Shown: positions 27,847-37,843, counted from the stretch's first letter. The stretch: 64,000 bases of DNA from an uncultured Actinomycetota bacterium (GCA_963751045.1 CAVVTA010000009.1:260243-324242), one strand, 5' to 3'. Notes: generated by a model from the letters alone, not told the origin. Numbers and translations are program-made.

Positions 27847-28989
27847 TCATGGTCGCGCATACGTGACCAGGTCCGCCCGGCTGCCGTCGCCCAACGGCTC
27901 GGCGGCCGGCAGCACTCCCATCAGCCGGTATCCCGCGGCCTCGGCCACCCGCCGAGAGGCGACATTGTCGGTGGCGCAGCGGATGCAAATGGCGTCGACC
28001 AGGTCGGTCTCCTCGGCGTAACCGGTCACCAGCCTCGTCGCCTCCGTGATCACCCCCCGGCGCCGGCTGTCGGGGTGGGTCCAGTACCCGATCTCCGCCC
28101 GACGGTGGTACTCACCGAAGCCGTCCAGACTGATGGCGGCCAGACAGCGGTCATCCTCGCGATCAGCCACGCACCAGACGAGGCTGACGCCTCGGGCCGC
28201 GTCCTCGCGGGCCGTCTCGATGTAGCGCTGGGCGTGCTCCAGCTCGTACGGGGTGGGTAGGGATACCAGCCAGTGCTGGGTGATGGGATCACCGCAGGCT
28301 TGGGCCACCCGCAGATCATCGCGATCGGCGAACGGGCGCAGAACGAGCCGCTCGGTGGTCAGCCGCGGGGGGTCGGTCCAGGACAGGTCGGTCCGCGGGT
28401 CGTCGGCCGTGATGGTCGCGAGCCAGCCGTCCAGCAGGTCACCGCGGTGTACGAGCAGCCGCCGTACGGTCCCGTCGAACCGGAAACCGGCCGCCGCCGC
28501 CACGCGTCGAGACGCCCAGTTGCCGACCGCCGCCCGCCATCGGATCACCTGCAGCCCGAAGACGTCGAAGCCGTGGTCGCGGACCAGCCGCAGGGCGCTG
28601 GTCATGATCGACCGCCCCCGCGCCGCCGGGTGCAGACCGAACCCGACCTCAGCGACCCCCGTTCCATCAGGCCGGAGATCGATGCTGCCGCAGAACCTTC
28701 GCCGCCCGTCGATGTCGGCCTCGATGGCCCAGCCGAACACGGTGCCCTGCTCCCAGCCCGGCCGCACCACGTCCGCGAGGTACTCCTGCGCATTGGTCAG
28801 GGTGTAGCCACCCGGCGGGACGGGCACGGTGGTCCAGCGCATCGTCGACGGGTCGTTGCACTGTTCGACGATGGCCGCCAGGTCGGCCGGGGAGTGTGCT
28901 CGCAGAGTGACGGTCGAGCCTGGATCGACCAGGATCGGAACCACGTCGGGGAAGATGGCGGAGGGACCTGGTCGATGACCGTTCGACAC
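27847..28989 (-). CDS. GNAT-family N-acetyltransferase, two tandem GNAT domains
   Basis: Two RimJ/RimL-like halves (GWAIEADIDGRRRFCGSIDL...; WCVADREDDRCLAAISL...RRRGVITEA). Confidence 0.7.
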   Translation of the reverse strand: MSNGHRPGPSAIFPDVVPILVDPGSTVTLRAHSPADLAAIVEQCNDPSTMRWTTVPVPPGGYTLTNAQEYLADVVRPGWEQGTVFGWAIEADIDGRRRFCGSIDLRPDGTGVAEVGFGLHPAARGRSIMTSALRLVRDHGFDVFGLQVIRWRAAVGNWASRRVAAAAGFRFDGTVRRLLVHRGDLLDGWLATITADDPRTDLSWTDPPRLTTERLVLRPFADRDDLRVAQACGDPITQHWLVSLPTPYELEHAQRYIETAREDAARGVSLVWCVADREDDRCLAAISLDGFGEYHRRAEIGYWTHPDSRRRGVITEATRLVTGYAEETDLVDAICIRCATDNVASRRVAEAAGYRLMGVLPAAEPLGDGSRADLVTYARP

Positions 28990-28994
28990 GTCGC

Positions 28995-30107
28995 TCAGTC
29001 AAGCGTGCGCGCAGCAGATTCGGCAATCGCGGGACTGCGTCGAGCTCGGCCCGGGAGCTCGGGACCACTGCGCCGTGAACGGACCGTGGAACGCCGCACG
29101 ACCAGCTCCGGGGTGAAGCGAACCGCCTGATGCTCGTGGGGTGCGTCCTGGCGCAGGGCCTCGATCTCCTCGAACAGCAGCTCGGCGGCCCTGCGTCCGA
29201 GCTCACGGCGCGGCTGTCGGATCGACGACAGCGGCACCGCGGCGGAAGCCGCATAGGAGACGTCGTCGTAGCCGATGATCGCGATCTCCTCGGGTACCCG
29301 GAATCCTTGGCTCACGAAGCCCTGCAGGACTCCGATCGCGAGCAGATCGTTGGCGGCGAACACCGCGGTGGGCCGCTCAGCGGCCGGCAGAGACAGCAGT
29401 TCCCCCGCCGCCGCGACGCCACTGTCGCTGTCCAGGGCCAGCGTCGAGATGGTCAGGAGGTTGGCCGACCCGGAAGCCGCGGAGCGCGCCAGCTCGGCTC
29501 CAAGCCGTCGATCGCGGACCTGTTGCAGATTACCGGGCCCGCCGACCAGGGCGATGTGTTCGTGGCCCTCCTGGAGTAGGTGCTCGACCGCCAGCCGCCC
29601 GCCCTCGACGTCGTCGACCGACACCGAGCACAGGTCCGCTTCGTCCCGGGCTCGATCAAGGATGACCACCGGGATGCCCCGTCGGCGCAGCTCGTTCACC
29701 CGGGCGTCGAGACCCCAGATCGGCGCGAGCAGCACCCCGCCGACCCGCTGCTGCTCCAACAGCGTCAGGTGTGCCCGTTCGCGGCTCGGCTGCTGAGCGC
29801 TGTTGCTGACCTGTACGGAGAAACCGCGTTCGATCGCGAAGTCCTCGGCGGCGAGCACGAGGTCGGTGAAGAACGGATTGGCGATGTCCAACACGACCAT
29901 GCCGATGGAGCGGCTGCGGCCGGCCCGGAGTTGCCGGGCCGACTCGTTCGGCACCCAACCGAGCTTGGCGATGGCCTCCGCCACGCGTTGCCGGGTCCGT
30001 TCACTGACGATGTCTGGCGTATTCACCACGTTGGAGACCGTGCCCAGCGAGACGCCGGCCAGCGCAGCAACATCCTTCATGCTGACCGACGCCTTGGGAG
30101 TCACCAT
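28995..30107 (-). CDS. LacI-family transcriptional regulator
   Basis: N-terminal HTH MKDVAALAGVSLGTVSNVVN plus a periplasmic-binding-protein-like core. GAGGAG lies 8 nt upstream of the ATG. Confidence 0.88.
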   Translation of the reverse strand: MVTPKASVSMKDVAALAGVSLGTVSNVVNTPDIVSERTRQRVAEAIAKLGWVPNESARQLRAGRSRSIGMVVLDIANPFFTDLVLAAEDFAIERGFSVQVSNSAQQPSRERAHLTLLEQQRVGGVLLAPIWGLDARVNELRRRGIPVVILDRARDEADLCSVSVDDVEGGRLAVEHLLQEGHEHIALVGGPGNLQQVRDRRLGAELARSAASGSANLLTISTLALDSDSGVAAAGELLSLPAAERPTAVFAANDLLAIGVLQGFVSQGFRVPEEIAIIGYDDVSYAASAAVPLSSIRQPRRELGRRAAELLFEEIEALRQDAPHEHQAVRFTPELVVRRSTVRSRRSGPELPGRARRSPAIAESAARTLD

Positions 30108-30139
30108 CGATTCACTCCTCTAACTGCCAGGCTGGCCGA

Positions 30140-30155
30140 GTTGAATCGTTATTCT
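30140..30155. promoter_or_regulatory. Candidate LacI-family operator half-site (reads AACGATTCAAC on the minus strand)
   Basis: 34 nt upstream of the LacI gene start at 30107. It shares AACGnTTCAA with sites at 33503-33518, 37788-37803 and 38970-38985. Confidence 0.3.
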
Positions 30156-30174
30156 ATCGAATTTCCGGTACAAA

Positions 30175-31077
30175 TCAGCCTTTCACCGATCCGGCCGCCA
30201 TGCCTTCCACGATCTTGCGGTTGAAGAAGATGAACATGATCAACGGTGGGATGGTGACGAGCAGGATGGTGGCGAACAGCAGGTTGTATTGGGTGGTGAA
30301 CTGGCTCTGGAAGTTCAGCAGGGTCAGCTGGATGGTGGCGTTCTGGGTCCCGGGCAGGAAGTAGAGCGGGTTCTGGAAGTCGTTGTAGATGAACACCGTC
30401 TGCAGGATGATCACCGTGATCACCACCGATCGCAGGATCGGGAAGATGACCCGGAAGAAGATCTGGAGTGGCCCGGCGCCGTCGACCACGGCGGCCTCGT
30501 CCAACTCGCGGGGCACCGTGGACATGAAGGCGCGGAACAGCAGGATGCAGAAGGGGAGTCCGTAGGCGACCTCGATCAGGATCAGTCCGGGCATCGTCTT
30601 GAACAGTCCCAGCGCCTGCAGCACCCAGATGGTGGGCACGATCGCCGGTGGCACGATCAGTCCGGCCAGGATCAGCATGTTGATCACCGGATTGAGCCGG
30701 CTGGCCCGCCGCTGCCAGACGTAGGCCACCATGGCGCTGAGGATGACCAGGATGGCGACGCTCACCACGGTGAGGATGACGCTGTTGATGAAGGCGATGA
30801 CCATCAGGTAGTCGCGGGCCGCGATCGCCTGGGCGAGGTTGTCGAGCAGGGCGAAGTTCGAGGGCCAGGAGAACTCCAGCGCGTTCGCCTCGACCAGGGG
30901 CTTGGATGCGATGACGAAGACGAACAGGAACGGCACCACGAAGAAGACGGCGGTCACGACGATCGCCGCCAGACCGATGACGACCCCCGCGGGCTTGGGT
31001 TTGTTGCTGGTGTCGGGATTGCGCTTGGCCCTGGTGCTGGTGCGCTTGGTGCTGGTGTTGGTGTTGGTGGTTGCCAT
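30175..31077 (-). CDS. Carbohydrate ABC transporter permease (second permease)
   Basis: The permease EAA-loop region is LDEAAVVDGAGPLQIFFRVIFP. Trimmed to the ATG at 31077, which overlaps the upstream stop (TGATG). Confidence 0.85.
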   Translation of the reverse strand: MATTNTNTSTKRTSTRAKRNPDTSNKPKPAGVVIGLAAIVVTAVFFVVPFLFVFVIASKPLVEANALEFSWPSNFALLDNLAQAIAARDYLMVIAFINSVILTVVSVAILVILSAMVAYVWQRRASRLNPVINMLILAGLIVPPAIVPTIWVLQALGLFKTMPGLILIEVAYGLPFCILLFRAFMSTVPRELDEAAVVDGAGPLQIFFRVIFPILRSVVITVIILQTVFIYNDFQNPLYFLPGTQNATIQLTLLNFQSQFTTQYNLLFATILLVTIPPLIMFIFFNRKIVEGMAAGSVKG

Positions 31078-31997
31078 CAGGCGTCCCCTCCGCGGTTGAG
31101 CCACCGGGTCAGCGGCACGACGATGATGGTGACGACGAGGAACAGCACGACGCTGCCGGCCGTCGACAGGCCGTAGAAGCCGGCCTGGTACTGCTTGTAG
31201 ATCACCGAGGCGATGACGTCGGAGGCGAAGCCGGGTCCGCCCTTGGTCATCACCCAGATCAGGTCGAACGAGCGGAGGCCGCCGATGAGGGAGAGGGTGA
31301 TCACCGTGGCCGTCGCCGGCCGGGCCAGCGGCAGGATGATGCTCCGGAAGATGTCCCACCGGCCGGCGCCGTCGACCGCGGCGGCTTCGTAGTACTCGGC
31401 GGGGATCGAGACCAGGCCGGCGATGAAGATGACCGTGGCCAGCCCGACCCCCTTCCAGATGTCGACCAGGGCGATGGAGATGAGGGCCAGATTCGGGTTG
31501 GTCAGCCAGCCGATGTCGGCACCGCCCAGCATCTGGTTGATCAACCCCTTCTCGGGATTCATCAAGACGGTGAAGGTCAGTCCGATGCCGACGGCGCTGA
31601 CCAGCACCGGGAAGAAGATGACCGACCGCAGATATCCCCGGGCGATGATCTTCGAGGTCAACAGCAGAGCCAGCGCCATGCCGAGGACGACCTTGACCCC
31701 GGAGGTGAGCACCGCATAGATCACCGTGTTCCGCAGGCCGATGACCAGCGCCTGCTCGGCGAAGAAGGTCTGGTAGTTGTCCAGCCCGATCCAGGTCGCG
31801 GTGAACAGGTCCCAGCGGGTGAAGGAGAAGTAGAACGAGGCGATCGTCGGAACGATGAAGAAGATCGTGTAGATCAAGGCGGGGGCAACATAGAACCAGT
31901 ACGGATACGGTCCCGGTCGCTTCTTCCCGCCCCCCTTGACGCCGCGCCGGGCTGGGGCCAGCCGGGTCGCGTCGGTGGTGCTCAGTGTGCTCGCCAT
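31077..31997 (-). CDS. Carbohydrate ABC transporter permease (first permease)
   Basis: YYEAAAVDGAGRWDIFRSIILP EAA motif and six TM helices. Trimmed to the ATG at 31997. Confidence 0.85.
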   Translation of the reverse strand: MASTLSTTDATRLAPARRGVKGGGKKRPGPYPYWFYVAPALIYTIFFIVPTIASFYFSFTRWDLFTATWIGLDNYQTFFAEQALVIGLRNTVIYAVLTSGVKVVLGMALALLLTSKIIARGYLRSVIFFPVLVSAVGIGLTFTVLMNPEKGLINQMLGGADIGWLTNPNLALISIALVDIWKGVGLATVIFIAGLVSIPAEYYEAAAVDGAGRWDIFRSIILPLARPATATVITLSLIGGLRSFDLIWVMTKGGPGFASDVIASVIYKQYQAGFYGLSTAGSVVLFLVVTIIVVPLTRWLNRGGDA

Positions 31998-32106
31998 GGC
32001 GGAGCCCTTTCCAGTGGATCCTGTTGGGGTCCTGCCGCCGGTCCGGACCAGACCGGCGGCAGGCGAAGAAGAGCTAGCTAGCTCGTCGTCCGGTGCGACT
32101 CCGAGG

Positions 32107-33411
32107 TCACTCCCAACCCGGCAAACCGAGTTGCTGCGCTTGCTTCTTGACGTCCTGGTCGTAGAGCTCGGCGCCCTTCTTCCCGTCGACCTGACCGGTG
32201 CCGACCTGGACGCAGATCTGCTCCAACGCCGGACCCTTGACCGGCGACAAGAACTCCAGCGCCGGGCTGGCCTTGCCGGAGTCGAGGTAGGCCTGGGTGT
32301 CCTTGGCGACCTGGGACACCTCGGCCGGCAGCTTGCAGGCCGTGGAGTTGAACGGGCCCTGCGGCGGCGCACCCTCGGCAAGGGCGTCACAGCCATCCTG
32401 GGTGGCCGCAAAGGCGACGAACTTCTTCGCAGCCTCCAGCTTGGCGCCCTCCACCGACTTCGGTATGTAGAGCGCATTCGTGCCCGGCCACACCGTCATG
32501 CCGTTGGTGGCCGCGTCCTTGCCCGGCAGGGCGAAGAAGCCGACGTCGTTCGTCTTTCCCGGTGCGACGTTCTCGATGTTGTTCGCGCTACCGCCGAGCT
32601 GCGGATAGTGCGCCGCGGTCCCGGTGGCGACCGCCTTCATCCCGTCGTTCAGCTTGGCCGAGGCGAAATCCTTGTTGAAGTAGCCGGCCTCCTTGACCTT
32701 CTGGATGTTCTCGAATCCGGCGAGCGCGGCCGGGGTGGTCGCGTACTTGGCCTTGTTGGCGGTGTACTCCTCGACGAAGGTCGGCACGGCGGCCGCGACG
32801 TTGTGGAAGTCGCCCAGGACGAACAACTGCGAGGTCCAGGTCTCGCCGTAGGTCTGCTCCACCGGGGCGGCCTTGCCGTCAGCCTTGATCTTCTCGTTGT
32901 TGGCCATGAACTCGTCCCACGTCTTCGGGACCTGCAGACCCAACCTCTTGTACAGCGGGATGTTGTACAGCACACCGCCGCCGAACGCCGTCCCGTACGG
33001 ACCGCCGTAGAGCTTGCCCTCGGACTTCGAAGACTCGGCGAACAGCGGATCGAGCTGGCTCGCCCACGGCTGATCATCCAACGGGGTGAGATTCTGCGCG
33101 GGTTTGATCGCCTGCAGCAGCGAGCCGTTGTTGTAGACGAAGACATCGGACATGTCCCCGGTCGCCAACCGCGTCTTCACCAGGTTGTCACCCTCCGATC
33201 CCCCGGGGCGGGTCTCCTCCTTGACCGTGATCGTGGGATTGGCTGCCGTGAAGGCCTTCACTAGAGCCTTCGCACTCGCCACATCGGCGGTCTCGGCCCC
33301 GTGGAGCCAGGTGATCTCCACGGCATCGGCGCTGCCGCCGCCGCTACTGCTGCCGAGACTTCCGGGGCTACAGCCGGCGAACAGCAGCATGGCCGCCGTG
33401 CTCGCCGCCAC
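32107..33411 (-). CDS. Extracellular sugar-binding lipoprotein of the ABC transporter
   Basis: Lipobox LLFAGCS and a family-1 solute-binding protein core. The start is problematic (see finding at 33368-33451). Confidence 0.8.
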   Translation of the reverse strand: MAASTAAMLLFAGCSPGSLGSSSGGGSADAVEITWLHGAETADVASAKALVKAFTAANPTITVKEETRPGGSEGDNLVKTRLATGDMSDVFVYNNGSLLQAIKPAQNLTPLDDQPWASQLDPLFAESSKSEGKLYGGPYGTAFGGGVLYNIPLYKRLGLQVPKTWDEFMANNEKIKADGKAAPVEQTYGETWTSQLFVLGDFHNVAAAVPTFVEEYTANKAKYATTPAALAGFENIQKVKEAGYFNKDFASAKLNDGMKAVATGTAAHYPQLGGSANNIENVAPGKTNDVGFFALPGKDAATNGMTVWPGTNALYIPKSVEGAKLEAAKKFVAFAATQDGCDALAEGAPPQGPFNSTACKLPAEVSQVAKDTQAYLDSGKASPALEFLSPVKGPALEQICVQVGTGQVDGKKGAELYDQDVKKQAQQLGLPGWE

Positions 33412-33502
33412 CAGCGCTACGCCGCGCCGGGCCGTCTTGGTCGAATCTCATCGAACCTCCAGAACTTGTGAATGAACGAGAAGGCCGGTTGTCGCGGCGC
33501 TC

Positions 33503-33518
33503 TCTGAAGCGTTTCAAT
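33503..33518. promoter_or_regulatory. Candidate LacI-family operator (TCTGAAGCGTTTCAAT)
   Basis: Near-palindrome TGAAGCGTTTCA centred on CG, in the divergent promoter region between the binding-protein gene and the GH78-like gene. Confidence 0.4.
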
Positions 33519-33692
33519 GGGAAAGCTAACGCATCGCTCCGTGGGTCGTCAACTGTCCGGCCCTGATTGTGATAAAACGTCCGGATCCGGAGGCCGTATC
33601 GCTTCGGTGCTGCGACTTTTCCATCGCGAATCTGCGCGCCGGGCGGCGAACACTCCGTCCCCGGCCTGGCCAACCACCGTGGGTGGATCGTT

Positions 33693-35336
33693 TTGATGAA
33701 CTCTCGAGGGGTGACGTGGATGGCTCGATCGGGTGCGGACCTGCTGCGCTTGGCCCGACTCGTCAGCCCTGATCCCTTCGCCGACGCGGTCAGCCGCGTC
33801 AGTCGCTCCGTTTGGTGGCTATACGGCCCGGAGCAGTACGAACTCGGTGTCCTCGAGCGGCTGGTGAGCACCGGGTTCGCGGCGAATCGGTTCGTCCACT
33901 ATGCCGCCAACTTCGGCCGGGCCGAGAATACCGTTCACTTCCGGCTTGCGGTGCCGGCTGCGGTCGTACCGCTGCGGCTGCGTGTCGCCGACGATCTCGA
34001 GGTCACCATCGGTCAGCAGCCGGTGACCACCGTCCGCGACGACGAGGGCTGGTGGATGGTTCAGCTACCGCCGGTCGAGGCCTGTGCCGACTTTCGGGTG
34101 ACGGCACAATCCGGACCCGTCACGATCGGGGTACCAGCCGACGCTGGTCCCAACCTTGCTCTTTGGCTGGTCCAGTCCGAGGAGGGCTGGTCGATCCCAG
34201 GCGTACGGACCGGGGCGCTGGAACCTCCGCATCGGGTGGGTGAACCCGTCCAACCGCTCGCTGCGCGCCGGTTCAGGGACGGGCTTTACGGCTTGCCTGC
34301 GCCAGCCTTGGGCCATCTGCTCATCCACTCCGCCTCCAAGCCGGCACTCAGAACCGGGGAGTCGGTGGACGAGGCGCAGAGCGGGCTCCAGGCGGAGAGT
34401 CGAGAGGACCTGGAGCCCCTCGGTCATGATCGTTGGCGGTCGCGCCACCCGTTGGGCCTGCGCTACCTCACGGTCGGGGAGGCCGAACCGACCGGCGTGG
34501 TGATCGAAGCGGAGATCCGGTCCGCACCGCGCCGCGGGGCGTTCGCGTGCTCGGACGAGCTGCTCAACCGGATCTGGGTGGTCAGCGCCTACACCCTGCG
34601 GCTGTGCATGCAGCGACTCATGATCGACGGCATCAAGAGGGACCGGATGGCGTGGGCGGGCGATCAGGCCCTGAGCACACTCGCCAACGCGTACGCCTTC
34701 GGGGACGAGACCATCGCCATCGACAGTTCGGTGGCCAGCGGCCGGCCGCGGCACGGATACATCAACGGCATCTCCGACTACTCGCTCTGGTGGGTGATCA
34801 ACAACGGTCTCCTCGCTCGCTACTTCGGGAGCGACAGCGAAACCTTCACTCGTCGAGCGCGAAGCGTGCAGCGGTTCCTGGAAGACCTGACGCGGTACGT
34901 CGGCGACGACAGCGTCTTCCGACCTCAGATCGAGGCCGACGGCTTCGGAACGAGTGCGGGATCGGTCTTCCTGGACTTCTGGGAAGAGTTCACCACCTCG
35001 AGCACAGGAGCCGCCGGCGACCACTACGCGATGTACGGACGACCCTTCGGTCGCAGCCTGTGCCACGCGTGGAACGCCGGACCGGCAGCCCTGCTGCCGG
35101 AACTGGTACTCGGCGTCCGTCCCCTCTCCGACGGCTGGTCCCGATTCGCGGTCGCCCCCGATCTCGGTGATCTCGAGTGGGCCGGCGCCGTGGTCCCGGT
35201 GCCCGGTGGTGGGACGATCGTGGCCTCCGCCGACCGAGGCGAGGTCAGCGTGGATGGACCGGCCGGGCTGGTGCTCGAACGTCCGGACGGGGCCCAAGTC
35301 GCGGGTCCGGGTCAGTCCACCTGGACGATCGGCTGA
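33693..35336 (+). CDS. GH78-related (alpha-L-rhamnosidase-like) protein, divergent paralogue
   Basis: AFACSDELLNRIWVVSAYTLRLCMQRLMIDGIKRDRMAWAGD aligns by eye with FECSDELLNQLHRNVVWGTLGNFLDVPTDCPQRDERLGWTGD of the neighbouring rhamnosidase. Start uncertain (TTG 33693, ATG 33696 or ATG 33720). Confidence 0.6.
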   Translation: MMNSRGVTWMARSGADLLRLARLVSPDPFADAVSRVSRSVWWLYGPEQYELGVLERLVSTGFAANRFVHYAANFGRAENTVHFRLAVPAAVVPLRLRVADDLEVTIGQQPVTTVRDDEGWWMVQLPPVEACADFRVTAQSGPVTIGVPADAGPNLALWLVQSEEGWSIPGVRTGALEPPHRVGEPVQPLAARRFRDGLYGLPAPALGHLLIHSASKPALRTGESVDEAQSGLQAESREDLEPLGHDRWRSRHPLGLRYLTVGEAEPTGVVIEAEIRSAPRRGAFACSDELLNRIWVVSAYTLRLCMQRLMIDGIKRDRMAWAGDQALSTLANAYAFGDETIAIDSSVASGRPRHGYINGISDYSLWWVINNGLLARYFGSDSETFTRRARSVQRFLEDLTRYVGDDSVFRPQIEADGFGTSAGSVFLDFWEEFTTSSTGAAGDHYAMYGRPFGRSLCHAWNAGPAALLPELVLGVRPLSDGWSRFAVAPDLGDLEWAGAVVPVPGGGTIVASADRGEVSVDGPAGLVLERPDGAQVAGPGQSTWTIG

Positions 35337-35352
35337 GACCGCCGGCGCATAC

Positions 35353-35372
35353 GCGAGCGTCCACGCGCTCGC
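35353..35372. terminator. Weak hairpin between convergent genes
   Basis: GCGAGCG, a 6-nt loop, then CGCTCGC. There is no clear U-tract. Confidence 0.2.
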
Positions 35373-35469
35373 TTCCCATCTCGAGTGCGGTAACGCGCCG
35401 CGATCACGGCTGAGTGGGCGTGTCGTCCGACCCGAGATGGATAACGGTCGCCGGTGGGGCAGCGCTGGC

Positions 35470-37740
35470 TCAGGCCGGAGTGGAGACCCGGTGTGAGCCG
35501 CCGGTCACCCGCTGCTCCGTACCATCGGGCAGGCGGACGACGGCCGTCACTCCGTCGGGGATGATCACCTCGAGGTCGAGCGCACCCGAGGGTCGCCGGT
35601 CCCAGGAGACGGCGAGGCGGCCGTGCCGGGTCTCCAGCGACGCGCGAGACCAGGTGATGCCGCCGCCGGGCTGAGGTGCGATCAAGACTTCCGAATAGCC
35701 GGGCGAGAGGGGCGCGATGCCGCCGATAACCCGATGCATCCAGTCGGCCACGGCTCCCAGCGCGTAGTGGTTGAAGCTCGTCATCTGGCCTGGATTGATG
35801 GTGCCGTCGGGCAGCATCGAATCCCAGCGCTCCCAGATCGTCGTGGCCCCCATCGTGACCGAGTAGAGCCACGACGGGTTCTCCCGCTGCAGAAGCAGCT
35901 GGTACGCGTCGTCGAGATGACCGGTGCTCGTCAGGGCGTCGGTCACGAACGGGGTGCCCGCGAAGCCGGTCTGGATGCGATACCCACCGTCGGCGACGAG
36001 CTTCGCCAGCCGCTCGCCGGCCAGCCGTGCCGCCTCCTCGTCGAGCAGGCCGAAGGTGATGGCCAGCGCGTACACGGTCGCTGCATCACTGAGGATCGTG
36101 CCGTCCGACTCGACGTAGTGCTCGAGGAACGCCGCCCGGGTGCGGTCGGCGAGATTGCCGAAGTGCTCGGCGTCGTCGGGCCGGCCCACGATCGCGGCCG
36201 CCTCGGCGACGATGCGCGCGCTGCGGTAGAGGCAGGCGGTCGCCACCACCCCCTTGTCGGCCTTCGCGTCGGCCGGCCGGTCCGGGGGAGCGGTCGGATC
36301 AAGCCAGTCGCCGAACTGGAACCCGGTGTCCCACAGGCCGGTCGGGGCCAGCTTGGACTCCACCCGACGAACGTGAGCGCTCATCGAGTCGTATTGGTCG
36401 ACCAGGACCTGGGCGTCCCCGTAGGCCTGCCACAGCGCCCACGGCACCCACGCCGCGGCGTCGCTCCAGACCGCCGTACTGTCCGGCGTCGGGAACGACG
36501 TCGGATGCTTCACGTACTTCAAGACGTCGGGGATGACGTAGCCGACCATGCCGTCGGCGGCCGACTGTTCGGCGGCCAGATCGCGCAACCAGTCGCGGAG
36601 GAAGCCGTCGACGTCGAACAGGTACGCGGCGGTGGGCGCGAAGGCGGCGATGTCACCGGTCCAGCCCAGGCGCTCATCGCGTTGGGGGCAATCGGTGGGG
36701 ACATCGAGGAAGTTGCCGAGCGTGCCCCAGACGACGTTGCGGTGCAGCTGGTTGAGCAATTCGTCGGAGCACTCGAATTCTCCGATCCGGCGCAGATCGG
36801 AGGAGACCACGACCGCCCGGAAGGCGTCCTGGGCCTGTCGAAGGGACTCGATGCCTCCGGGCCAGCCCTCGACCTCGACATAGCGGAAGCCGTGGAACGT
36901 GAGGGTCGGCTCAAAGCGGTCGCGGTCGCCGCTCAGGATGAACCGGTCCGTCGCCGCCGCGGTGCGCAGCGGACGCACACCGAGCTCTTCGTGCTCGAGC
37001 ACCTCGGCGTGCCGCAGGGTGATCTCGGTACCGGCCGGTCCCTGGACCTCGATGCGTACCCAGCCCACGAGGTTCTGGCCGAAGTCGACCAGAGTCTTGC
37101 CGGCAGGGGTGGTCCACATCTTTTCCGGCGCCAGCTCCGTGAGCCGGCGAGTCGGCGGCCCGATGTACGGAGTCAGGGTGTTGAGGTCCAGATCGGCCGC
37201 ATGTACGCCGACCCAGCCCTCCCCCGGGAAACCGTGGTCCAACCAGGCGCTGGACCGCAACCGTGCATCGATGCTCTGGCCGTCGTACAGATCGTTCTCG
37301 GTCACCGCTGACGGTCCGGCTGTCCAGCTCTCGTCGGTGACCACCGTCTGGACGTGACCGTCGGCGAACTCGATCTCGAGCTGACCCAGGAAACTCAGCT
37401 CGTCGCCGTAGTGAGCCCGGCCGCCGCCCCACCCGAGCCGTCCGCGGAACCACCCGTTCCCCAGCGCGACCCCTAGAACCGATGCCGGTTGAAGCAGGGA
37501 GGTGACGTCGTAGCTGCGGTACCGCAGTCGCCACTCGTAGCTGGTCCAACCCGGAGCGAGGACGTCATCGGAGACCGGCCGACCGTTGAGGTAGGCCTCG
37601 AAGACTCCCTGGGCCGTCGCGTGCAGGGTCGCTCGGACGGCGGATCCGTGTCCCTCGTCGAGTCGGAATTCGTGGCGGAGCAGGGGGGCTCCGGCGAAGT
37701 CCTCGTTCGGGGAAACGGCTAGTGCGCGCCAGTCAGGCAT
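35470..37740 (-). CDS. Alpha-L-rhamnosidase (GH78)
   Basis: 756 aa with the canonical DVPTDCPQRDERLGWTGD motif and N-terminal rhamnosidase domains (FEAYLNGRPVSDDVLAPGWTSY). Confidence 0.9.
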   Translation of the reverse strand: MPDWRALAVSPNEDFAGAPLLRHEFRLDEGHGSAVRATLHATAQGVFEAYLNGRPVSDDVLAPGWTSYEWRLRYRSYDVTSLLQPASVLGVALGNGWFRGRLGWGGGRAHYGDELSFLGQLEIEFADGHVQTVVTDESWTAGPSAVTENDLYDGQSIDARLRSSAWLDHGFPGEGWVGVHAADLDLNTLTPYIGPPTRRLTELAPEKMWTTPAGKTLVDFGQNLVGWVRIEVQGPAGTEITLRHAEVLEHEELGVRPLRTAAATDRFILSGDRDRFEPTLTFHGFRYVEVEGWPGGIESLRQAQDAFRAVVVSSDLRRIGEFECSDELLNQLHRNVVWGTLGNFLDVPTDCPQRDERLGWTGDIAAFAPTAAYLFDVDGFLRDWLRDLAAEQSAADGMVGYVIPDVLKYVKHPTSFPTPDSTAVWSDAAAWVPWALWQAYGDAQVLVDQYDSMSAHVRRVESKLAPTGLWDTGFQFGDWLDPTAPPDRPADAKADKGVVATACLYRSARIVAEAAAIVGRPDDAEHFGNLADRTRAAFLEHYVESDGTILSDAATVYALAITFGLLDEEAARLAGERLAKLVADGGYRIQTGFAGTPFVTDALTSTGHLDDAYQLLLQRENPSWLYSVTMGATTIWERWDSMLPDGTINPGQMTSFNHYALGAVADWMHRVIGGIAPLSPGYSEVLIAPQPGGGITWSRASLETRHGRLAVSWDRRPSGALDLEVIIPDGVTAVVRLPDGTEQRVTGGSHRVSTPA

Positions 37741-37787
37741 GGGTCTCTCTCTTTCCGCCGCGGAGGCGAAGGGTCGGTCGCTAGACT

Positions 37788-37803
37788 GGTGAAACGATAC
37801 AAC
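37788..37803. promoter_or_regulatory. Candidate LacI-family operator (GGTGAAACGATACAAC)
   Basis: About 50 nt upstream of the rhamnosidase start at 37740. 11 of 16 positions are identical to the site at 38970-38985. Confidence 0.35.
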
Positions 37804-37843
37804 ACCTCCGACGTCCCTCTGGGCCTGCCCACGATGTGAGTGG

